From: Scenedesmus sp. PABB004
Taxonomy: Eukaryota
Assembly (NCBI GenBank): GCA_014905635.1
Contig: JABVCE010000004.1
Coordinates: 744,001-808,000 of the forward strand
Reading direction: 5' to 3'
Length of the DNA: 64,000 bases
Part shown: positions 29,316 to 38,999 of the stretch, one piece after another
Layout: every line of letters starts with the position of its first letter
Position numbering within the stretch: position 1 is the first letter of the stretch
Made by a program: the position numbers and the translations under genes
Notes under the pieces: generated by a model
Told to the model about the DNA's origin: nothing
What the model saw: the letters and a program-made list of their open reading frames with translations, nothing else
The model's database searches: none

Positions 29316-30381
29316 CTACGCGCGACCGTCGCCCGCCGGCGCCGCGTCGACCGCGCCCGCCGCTGGCTCCGGCGACGCCAGCGGCGGCGCGCCGCCCACG
29401 TCAAAGCCCATCGCTGCCAGCTCCTCCCTGCACTGCGCCAGCAGCAGCGCCGCGCCTGGCGGCCCGCCCGCCCCGCCGCCAGCCGGCGCATCCGCTCCAG
29501 CTGCGGCAGCGCCGCTGCCGCCCGCGCCGCCGCCGCCGCGCGCGTCCGCCGCTGCTGCGGCGCTGCCACTGCCGCCAGCGGCCGCCGCGTCGGGCGTGTC
29601 GTCTGCAAGGCGGTCCGGCAGCCAGGCGGCAGCGGCGGGGCCGGTCGTCACCCGCCAGCGCGGCGCGTCGCGCGTGCCGCCCCGGCAGCCGCCGCCGCAC
29701 CTCCCAGCGCGAGCGCCTGCAGCGCCGCGGTCAGCTGCTGCGCGACGTCGGGCGCGGGCGGCTGCTCCAGCAGCGCCACGCACGTCTCCTGCATCACTGC
29801 CTTGGTGGGCAGCGCGCTCAGCCGCGCCAGCAGCGCCTGCGCCTGCGCGGCCCGCTCTGGCGGCCCCTCGTGGCGCGCGGCCAGCGTCTGCAGCGCGCCC
29901 TTGACCAGGCCCCACTCAAAGCCGGCGCGCGCGCCCTCGGCGAAGCCTGCAGCGCGGCGGCGGCGGCGGGCGCGCAGCGGTGGCGCGCGTCGGCAGGCGC
30001 GCCGCCCGAGGCCGCGCGCGCTGCCCGCCGCCGCTGGCTGCTCCCGCTGCCGCCCGCTGCCGCGGCCGCGCCTGCGTTGAAGCCGTGCGCCAGGGTGAGC
30101 TCCCTGCCCTCGTCCATGCCCTCCCGGAACCCGGTCTGCGGCGGCGGCAGCAGCGGCCGCGGCAGCAGCGCCGGTGTCGGGCCGTGCTCCAGCGGCTGCG
30201 CCAGCGCGCGCCTGGCGACCAGCGGCTGTGTGCAACAGCGCACGTTGTAAAACGTCGACCGGCGGGCCTCCCACTCGCGCCCCAGCTCAGCGCGGCCCTC
30301 GCCGCCCTCGCTGCTGCTGTCGCCGCCCCACACATCATCGCCGTCGTCCACGGGCTCCGGCGCGCTCTCCCTGGCACACAT
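29316..30381 (-). CDS. YAE1: Yae1-family protein (Yae1_N); 4 exons
   Basis: DDVWG..REWEARRSTFYNTGFREGMDEGRELTLAHGFNAGFAEGARAGFEWG, the deca-GX3 motif typical of Yae1. Confidence 0.8.
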
Positions 30382-30661
30382 GGCGCTCGGCGCACGCTCT
30401 GGCCGTGCGTTCTCGTGGTGGCGGTGGCGGCGAGAGCAGCGGTGCCAGCGGCAGCACGGCAGCGGTGGCAGCGGTGGCAGCGGCGGCAGCGACGGCGGCG
30501 GTGGCGGCAGCGGCGGCAACCACAGTTGGCTCTGCGCCAGCGCCAGCACGGCGGCACCTGGCGGACAGCCGCCGAGGTTCAGCTGGGCCAGCCCCCGCCG
30601 CCGGACCCCGCGCCGCGCTGCGGCGACGTGTGTGTGGCCTGCGATCGGGCCCCGGCGCGCG

Positions 30662-30754
30662 AGGTCGGCGGTGCAGGTGGTCGGCGGTGCAAGTCGGCGG
30701 TGCAGGTCGGTGGTGCAGGTGGTCGGCGGTGCAGGTGGTCGGCGGTGCAGGTGG
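30662..30754. repeat. Minisatellite of six GTCGG(C/T)GGTGCA units with 13-16 bp period
   Basis: Units start at about 30664, 30680, 30693, 30706, 30722 and 30738, between divergent genes. Confidence 0.85.
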
Positions 30755-31226
30755 ACCAAAACCCCGGTCAACACGATCCCGCGGGCGGTCCGCCCCCGCG
30801 CCGCCGCTGGGCCGAGGCCGAGGCATCTTGGGAGCTGCCGTGCGTTGCGCATGGGGGCCAGAGCTCCAGGCGCCACGACGGACGGCCTCACGGGCGGCCG
30901 CCGAGGGCGCGCGCCGAGCGCGGCGCGCGCGCCGCCCCCGCGGCGGCCTGCCGCTGGCTCCCGTGGGGCCGGGCGTGATCGGGGTGACCCGCATGGCTCG
31001 TCTCATGCGCGGCTGGCGCGGTCAGCGAGCTGCTGGCCGCTCTCTTGGCCCGCCCCGCGGCGCCGCGGCGGCTCAACTCGGTGTCCGCCCGCCCATAGCC
31101 CGCCCCGCTCGCTGCACTCCCCGATCCTTCTCAGCGCGCATGCAGGGCCGCAGCCTGCGACCCGCCAGCACGCCGCAGCCGGCGCCGGCGAGCAGCAGCC
31201 CGCCCCGCGCCGACCCGGCAGCAGCG

Positions 31227-33919
31227 ATGCGCCGCGGCAGCGCAGCCATGCACCCCACCGCGACGCTCTCTCGCCTGCTGGCCACGCTGCTCCTCGCCTG
31301 CGCGGCCGCTGCGGCCGCGGCGCAGGAGGGCGCCGCTGCGTGCCCCGACCTGGCCGCCGACGACCTGCCCAACGCCGCCGCCCTGCGCTCGGCCGTGACC
31401 GCCGCCTGCGTGGGTGCGTCGGCGGCGCCGCGCAGCCGCAGCCGTCGCCGCCGCCGCGCTGCGCGCGCCGCCGCCCGCGCTGAGGCCCGCACGCACGCAC
31501 GCAGGCGAGACGGGCGCCGCGCCCAACGCCACCGCGTGCGCCGCCTGCAGCTGCGCGCTGACCACCGCCGCCGCGCCCCGGCTGGTCGCGGCGGGCGCGG
31601 TCGCGGCGGCCGACCTGTACACGGGCGCCGCGGCGGCCGCGCTCGCGGCCTCGCTCGGCGCCTGCACGCGCACGTGGGGCGTGCAGCTGCTGGACGACCG
31701 CCCCGACCTGCGCCTGGGCCAGCTCCTGGCGCTGGACACCTGCCAAGTCGACGCGACCGTCACCGCGCGCTGCCTGGCGCAGCCGGCCGCGCCCGCCGCA
31801 GCCGCGCCCGCGCCTGCCAGCCAGCTCCTGGCCGACGCGGGCTGCGCGCTCGTCGCCAACAGCACCGCTGCCGCGGACGCGTGCGCCGCGGCCGCGGCGG
31901 CCCGCGCGGCCGCGGCGCCCGCGCCCGCTGCGCCCGCGCCCGCCACGACCGGCACGCTGACGATCACGAGCGCCACCACGCGCGACCCCGTCGCCTGGCG
32001 TGCGGGCTGCTGGTGCGACGAGGCCGCGCTGGACCCCGTGTGCGACCCCGCGACGCGCCGGCAGTACCCGAGCGCCTGCGCGGCCGACTGCCAGGTGTGT
32101 GCGCGCGCGCGCGGCGCGCGCAGGCCGCCCCCGCCTCGCGCGGCGCCCCCGACCCGCCACGACCCGGCGGCGCCGCCGCTGCGCGCAGTACGTCGCGGCG
32201 ACCGTGCCCTGCGCCTCCCTGCCGCCGCTCGCGCGCGCCGCGCTGCGCGCCGGCGACGCGGGCGGCGTCGCGGCCGGCTCGGTGCTGGTCTATGACGAGA
32301 GCCTCGCCCCCGGCGCCGCGGCGCCCGCAGCCGACCTCGCGGCGTTCTCCGGCCCCGCGGCCTCCACGGCGCCGCCGGAGGACGACCCCGACACCCAGCT
32401 TCAGTACACCTACTACGAGACCGACGCGCCCGACTCGGGCGACGCTGCCGCGCTCGCGGCCGGCGTGGCCAAGGCGCTGTCCGCCGCGTCGCTCGGCGCG
32501 GCGCCGCCCAACGCGACCGCGACGGCGGGCGGCGCCGACGGCGCCGCGGCGGGGGCCGGCGGCGGCGGCGCCGCTGCCGCCCCCGCGCCGCGCCCGCGTC
32601 AACACCGCCGACCAGCCGCCCGGCCTCGCGTGGCTGACCACCGCACCCGACGGCGCCGCGCCCGGCGTCTACACGCGGTGCGGGGGACGCGGCTGCGGCT
32701 GCGCGGCGCGCCTGCCGCCCCCCAGGGCGCGCGCGCCTGCGCTGCGCCGGCGGCGGGGCGCGCGCGCGCCCACGCGCCCGCGACGACCCGTGCCGCTGCG
32801 CGCCTTGCAGGAGCCCCGAGCGCACCAGCCGCCTGATGGCCGCCCTCATGGCCGCGCCGCGCCGCGCCGAGAGCCAGGCCGCCGCCGCGGCTGCGGTGCC
32901 GCAGCTTGGCGGCGGCCTCGCCGGCGTGCTCAGCAGCGCCGAGGCGGCCGCGGCGGAGCAGCGCCGCCAGGCGGGCGCAGGCCTCCTCCGCAGCGCTGCG
33001 CTGCCCGCCAACGGCACCACCGCTCCCCTGCTCGCCAACGTGACCGCGGCCCTCGCCAACGCCACGGGCGGCGGCGGGCTGCTCAACGCCACCGCGGCCG
33101 CACCTCTGCTCAACGCCACGCGCGCGGCGGTGGCTGCGTTTGACGGCCTGCGCGACGCCGCCGCCGGCCGAGCAGAGGCCGCCGTCGCGGCCTTTGACGG
33201 CGCCCTCGAGCGCGCCGCGGGGTCCCTCTCTGGCCCCGACGCCGCACCGCTGGCGGGCGCGGGCGTGCTCGCGCGCATGCGCGCGGCGGTGGCCAACGCC
33301 ACCGCGGGCGTGGCCAACTCCCCGCTCGCCGGCGAGCTCACCGCCCTGCGCAACACCACGGGTGCGGCGGCGGCGCGGTCTGGCGCGCCGCCCTGCCGCC
33401 TCCGCGCGCGAGCCGCGCGGCAGTCCCTCACTCACCGCCGCTGCCGGCTGCGCAGCTGGCCTCTTCCGCAGCGCCACGCTGCCCGCCAACGGCACCACCA
33501 CCACTCCCCTGCTCGCCAACGTGACCGCGGCCCTCGCCAACGCCACGGGCGGCGGCGGGCTGCTCAACGCCACCGCGGCCGCGCCCCTGCTCAACGCAAC
33601 GCGCGCGGCGGCGGTCACCGCGCTGGATGGCCTGCGCGACGCCGCCGCCGGCCGCGCGGAGGCCGCGGTCGCGGCCTTTGACGGCGCCCTCGAGCGCGCC
33701 GCGGCGACCCTCCCCGGCGCCGCCGCGCCCGCTGCCCCGCTAGCGGGCGGCGGCGAGCTCGCGCGCGCACGCGCGGCTGTGGCCAACGCCACGGCCACGG
33801 CCAACGGCACGACCGCGGGCGCCCGCGCGGCCGCCGCCAACGGCACGGGCACGGGCGCGCGCACGGCCAACACCACCGCCCCGGGCGGCGGGCGGCGCAA
33901 CCGGCTCTTCCTGCTGTGA
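31227..33919 (+). CDS. Secreted Ala-rich glycoprotein with a Kazal-like module and a duplicated N-glycosylation-rich repeat; multi-exon
   Basis: Signal peptide ([20 protein letters not shown]); CWCDEAALDPVCDPATRRQYPSACAADC is Kazal-like; many NAT/NGT/NVT sequons. Start could be 31248. Confidence 0.65.
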
Positions 33920-34323
33920 GCCCTGGGCGTGGCGGGCCCTCTAGGGCGAGCTCCAGGGCGGTCCTGGGGCGGGAGGAGATGGCGGCGTTGACCGTGATCC
34001 AGGGGGGTTGGGGGACTCGGTCAGCATTGGCTGGAGCGGGGGCGGCCGGCCGGCGCGTGATCACTGCAAGCTGAGCGGCCGCAGCCCGGACCGTGCCTGC
34101 CCTGCCAGGAGCGCAGCGCAGCGCGCGGACGGCATTGCCTTGCCCACGAGCCATCCGCGCGCCTCGCAGCGGCGACAACACCAACTCGCGCTCGCGCCGC
34201 ACGCCGCCAAACGCGCGCCGCAGCACAGCTCAGCGCGCCGCCGTGGCCCAGCCGCCGCGGGCTGCTGAGCCCCACCGCCCGTGGCGAAGCAATCAAACTC
34301 TGCATAGGCGCGCCGGGCGCAGC

Positions 34324-36153
34324 TCACGGCGCGGCGGTCGCGGGCGACGTCCTGGGCGCGCTCGTGCCGGCGGCGTACCTGCGGCGGCGGGCGCGCCGCG
34401 GCGCGGGCGTGGGCGCGCGGCTGCTGGCCGCGCCCAGGGCTGACAGGGCAGCCCCGCCGGCCCTGCTCACATCCACCCCGTCCAAAGGAAGCCAAGGACC
34501 TGGCCCGCCAGCGCCGCCGCGCTGCGGCCGCCGCCGCGGAGCAGCCCCGCCTGCCAGTCGCCCAGCGTCGCCGCGGCCAGCGCCAGCAGCGTGGCGCCGA
34601 GCCCCAGGTTGAGCCACCTGCCGCGCCGCGCGGCAGGCGTCGGCGCGCGCACGGGCGCCGGCGTTGCTGACTGGCTTGCGTGCCGGCGGCCGCCCGCGTG
34701 GACGGCCCGCCGCCGCCGCAGTGCGGGCCGCTGCCGCGCCTGAACGTCGTGGCGCCCAGGCGCCCGCGGTCGGCGCCATCCTTCAGCGAGTAGGCGACCA
34801 GGGTCGCCGCCAGCAGCCCGCCGCCGGAGCAGCGCTGCACAAACACGACGATCGGGCCCGCCAGCCCCTCGTGCAGCGCGAGCGGCCGGCCCGGAGCCGC
34901 GCCGAGCGCGGCCGCGGCGGCGAGCGCGAGCCCAAGCGTCAGCAGCGAGTACGCTGCCGCCGGCCACGTGCGGGGGAGCAGCACGCTCAGCGCGCCCGCG
35001 AGCGTGCGCGTGGGCGAGGGGAGCGGCAGCAGCGCGGCGTGTGGCCTGTGCAGCGCGTACACGCGGCCGGCGACGAGCAGGCCAGGGCCGCACAGCCCGC
35101 CCACGAGCGCTGCGGCACGGCGGCGGCGGCGGCGGTGGCGGCGGCACTCGCCGCTGGCGAGCGGACGCGGCGCCTGGCGGCGCCGCAGGTGCGCTGCCAC
35201 AGGCAGCTGTGGTGCGCTGCCACAGGCAGCTGTGGCGTGTGCCGGCGCGCGCCCGCACCTGCGAGCAGCGGGCCGCGCACCGACGCGCCCTGCGCCAGCA
35301 CCACCAGGCCCGCGCCCGCCTGCAGCGCAGTTGCGATTGTCAGCCGTAGGAACGTGTCGAGATGCAGCTGCCCCCGCAGGGCCGCCTCCTGCGGCGCGCG
35401 GCAGGCGCGGCGGTGGGCGCGCCGTCGCCCAGCGCGGGCCTCGGCCCGCGTGTCCGCCGCCGCCGGCGCTGCGCCGCTGGCGCCGCGTGAGCCTCGCCTT
35501 GAGAATGAACTGCACAGCACACGTCGTGAGCAGCGCCGCGCCCGCGTGGCGCACGTGGGACGCGACGACGCTGTCCGCGGCCGCGCCAAACAGCGCGCGC
35601 GACAGCGGGCCCGGCGCGAGCAGCGCGGCCGCGGCCGCGCCCGTGCTGGCGACGCCGAGCGCCCAGAACGCGGCCGCCGCGGTGGAGGGGGCCGACAGCA
35701 CGCCGGTCACGCGCCGCGACACTGCGCCGGGCAGCGGCGACGGCGCGGCGCGCTTGGGCTCCCTGGCCGCGCCAGCGGGCCCGCCGTCGCAGCCGCGGCA
35801 GCGGCGGCCCACCCTTGGCGGCGGCCGATGCCACGCGGCCCTCGACCTGCAGCTCGGTGCTCGCCGGCGCGCCGCCAGCTGGGAAGGCCCGCACCCGCAC
35901 ACCGCGCCACGGCGGCCGCCCGGCCGGCGCGCGCCGCGCCGCGCGCGGCGGCGGCAGCGCTGCGCTCGGGGGAGGCGGCGGCGGCGCGCGCTGTGGGCCT
36001 GGGCCCCCCCAGGCACAGTGCCCGCAGCCTGGCGCGCGGTGGGCCGAGCCCGGCGGCGCGCCGGGCCGTGCGCGGCGCGCGGCGCCGCTGCGGCTCCTCA
36101 CGTCCTGCGGGCCCCTGTGCGCGGCGCGTCGCGGCCGCCGCCGCGGCAGCCAT
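34324..36153 (-). CDS. Uncharacterised multi-pass membrane protein, possibly plastid-targeted; multi-exon, start uncertain
   Basis: Several hydrophobic helices; internal pseudo-repeat LKEAALRGQLHLDTFLRL / LKDGADRGRLGATTFRWLNLGL; last exon MYAAGTSAPRTSPATAAP*. Confidence 0.55.
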
Positions 36154-36581
36154 CCGCGCAACGTGGGGTAGCGGCGGCCGAGGTCGGGCGTCAGCGGCCA
36201 GCGGCGGCGGGGCAGCGGGCGGGGCGAGGCGCGTGCGGACCGACCAGGACTGCGGGGTGTTGCAGGCGGTGTTGCACTGCGGGGTGTTGCAGGCGGCTCG
36301 CCACACGATGCCGGTGCGATCCACCGCCGCGCTGCACCGCCGCATTGCGCCGCCCGCCCGCCCAGCCGCCGCGTGCAGCTCGCCTCCCTGTCGCGCCGCG
36401 CTGAGCCGCCACACACACATCGCAGCCCGTGGCGCCAGGCTCTCCCGCTGCGGCGCAGGCGCAGGCGCGCGCCGGCCGCCACGCCGTTTGAGCGCGCGCC
36501 GCTTCCGCCGAGCCCCCGCGCAGCCCCAGCGCGCGGGGCAGCGCAGCCCCAGCTCGCGGGGCAGCTCACGGCACGCGCGCG

Positions 36582-38456
36582 ATGGGCGGCATCGCGGCCC
36601 CCGCGGCGTGGCGGCGCGCTGCGGCGCTCGCGGTGGCGTGGGCCCTCGCCGCCCACGCGCTGCGCGGCGGCGTCGGCGGCCGCTCGCCGCCGCGTGCGTT
36701 TGATGCACGGCGGGGCCCGCCGCCGCCCGCTGAGCCGCCGGCGGACGCGGCGCGCTACTGGCGGCCGATGGCGGAGCTGGTGCTGCCGCACGGCCACGTG
36801 CTCGAGGAGCACTTTGCGCGCACGGCCGACGGCTACGTGCTGCGCCTCTTCCGCATCCCGCCGCGCAACGCGAGCGCCGCCGCCGCGCGCGCGCCGGTCG
36901 TCTTCTGCGCGCACGCGCTCATGGACTCCAGCGCCGGCTGGCTGCTGCGCGGCCGCCGCTCGCTCGCGCTGCAGCTCGCGGGCGCCGGGTTTGACGTCTG
37001 GCTCGGCAACGCGCGGGGCAACCGCTACAGCCGCAACCACACCACCCTGGACCCGACCAGCCGGAGCTTCTGGCAGTTCAGCTGGGACGAGCTCGCGGCG
37101 CACGACCTGCCCGCCAGCGTGGGCGCCGCGCTGGCGGTGTCGGGCGCGGAGCGGCTAGTGTTCATAGGCTATAGCCAGGTGTGGCGGCGGCGCGAGCGGC
37201 GCGGGGCGGCCAGCACGCTGCGCGTTGTGCGCGTGCGCCGCGGCCGCCGCGCCATGCGCCGCGATTGTGCCGCCGCATCGTGCGCCGCAGGGCACGATGG
37301 TCGGCCTCGCAGCGCTCGCGAGCCAGCCCGCGCTCGCGGCGCGCGTGTCGCTCGCGGTGCTGCTTGCGCCCGTGGCCTTCACGACGGCCATGACCAGCCC
37401 CGCCTTCGTGGGCAGCGCGGCGCTGGGGCTCGACCGGTGCGCGCGCAGCACGGGGCGCGTGCCGGCCGCGCGGCGCGCGCGCGCGCGCGCAGGGGCCTCG
37501 GTGGTCTGAGCCCTGCCGCACGTGCACCCCCCGCGTCGCCGCGCCCCGCCGCCGCGCCCGCCAGGCGGCTGCTGGCCATCGGCTACTACGGCGAGTGGGG
37601 CAGCTTCGTGCAGGCCAACAGCGACGCGATGCAGCCCTGGTGCAGGTGCGCGCGCGCGTGGCCCGTCCGCCCAGCACAGACGCGCGCGCGGCGCAGAGCG
37701 AGACGCCGCTGCCGCCCGCGCGTCCTGGCCAGGCGTGCGCCCTGGCTCTGTCTGGCCTACCTGACCGCGTTCTGCGGCCGCAACCCGCGCGGCAACATCG
37801 ACGCGGAGCGCGTCGCGCTCGCGCTCCAGCACATCCCCGCGGGCACGAGGTCCGCAGCACGGCGCGCAAGCCCAGGCCGCGCGCTTCGCGGCGCCACGCT
37901 GCGGCACGCGCCCACGCGCCGCCGCGCGGCACCGCCGCGCAGCGTGCAGGTCATGGCGCACTGGGCGCAGTCCATCCGGCGCAGCGCGACGCGCCTGCAC
38001 GCGTTTGACCACGGCACCGACTGCGGCGACGGCCGGCGCTGCAACCAGCGCGTGTACGGGGCCCCCGAGCCGCCCACCTACGACCTGGGCGCAATTCGGA
38101 CGCCCATCGCGCTCTTCACAGGCGCGCGCGCGCGCGCGCGCCCCTGCTGCCGCGCGTCAGCCTCGCGCGCGCGCGCGCCCCTCCGGCCGCCGCCCACTCG
38201 CCGCCGCCGGGGCGCCACCGCCGCGCCGCGCGCAGGCGGGCGCGACACGATCTCGACCGGCGCCGACGTGGCGCTGCTCAAGGCAGCGCTCGCGCCGGGC
38301 GTGGTCGTGCTGCACCACCACCAGCCTCACTACGCTCACCTGGACTTTGAGCTCGGCTCGGACGCGCCGGACGTCGCGTACCCCGCGCTGCTCGCCCTGG
38401 CGACCCGCTACGCGGGAGACGAGCTGCGGCAGGAGCGGCAAGTCTCCAGGGACTGA
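36582..38456 (+). CDS. Secreted triacylglycerol lipase, lysosomal/gastric acid-lipase family (alpha/beta hydrolase); multi-exon
   Basis: TADGYVLRLFRIP, GFDVWLGNARGNRYSRNH, FWQFSWDELAAHDLPA, nucleophile elbow GYSQG (split by intron), GGRDTIS and YAHLDF. Confidence 0.93.
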   Translation: MGGIAAPAAWRRAAALAVAWALAAHALRGGVGGRSPPRAFDARRGPPPPAEPPADAARYWRPMAELVLPHGHVLEEHFARTADGYVLRLFRIPPRNASAAAARAPVVFCAHALMDSSAGWLLRGRRSLALQLAGAGFDVWLGNARGNRYSRNHTTLDPTSRSFWQFSWDELAAHDLPASVGAALAVSGAERLVFIGYSQVWRRRERRGAASTLRVVRVRRGRRAMRRDCAAASCAAGHDGRPRSAREPARARGARVARGAACARGLHDGHDQPRLRGQRGAGARPVRAQHGARAGRAARARARRGLGGLSPAARAPPASPRPAAAPARRLLAIGYYGEWGSFVQANSDAMQPWCRCARAWPVRPAQTRARRRARRRCRPRVLARRAPWLCLAYLTAFCGRNPRGNIDAERVALALQHIPAGTRSAARRASPGRALRGATLRHAPTRRRAAPPRSVQVMAHWAQSIRRSATRLHAFDHGTDCGDGRRCNQRVYGAPEPPTYDLGAIRTPIALFTGARARARPCCRASASRARAPLRPPPTRRRRGATAAPRAGGRDTISTGADVALLKAALAPGVVVLHHHQPHYAHLDFELGSDAPDVAYPALLALATRYAGDELRQERQVSRD

Positions 38457-38999
38457 CAGCGGGCGTGGCGCGGGCACAGGGTGATCGGTCATGACTGCCG
38501 CGGCGCCGCGGCCTGCGCAGGCTTGCAGGACGGCCCCGCTGTGCACCTGGGACAGCGCGCTGATGGATTATGACTGACGGTTCACGACCCCCGCGCTTTT
38601 TCGCGCACGCCGGGCGGTCGCTGGCGGGGTTTTGACAAGCCGCGAGCCTTGTGAGACTTGCCTGACTCGGCCGCACACAGCCGGACTGCGTGCGGTGCGG
38701 CCTTTCATCGGTCCAGACCCTGCCTTCTTCATTGATTTCTCTAATCGCTGCGCGATCACACTGCATCTGCTGTGATCCCGCCTGCGCGCGCCTTGCGCGC
38801 CACCTGGTGCTTAAGCCGCCGCCCGTGTGACCGCCTCTTGACCCTCCCCCCCTCGACGCGCCCGCCCGGGACCGGTTTGGTTGGTTTCACAGGCCTCGCG
38901 GCCGGCCGGGTTTGACAAGTGAGCGCAGTCCCCACAGCCCCAAGGAATGACGCTCGCGCGGCCGCCGCGCGCTCCGCGGCTGCCAGCAACCGCGCGGCG

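Noticed and set aside
30662..30754. Short direct repeats as a CRISPR array
   Set aside because: No unique spacers, units too short, no cas genes, eukaryotic context.
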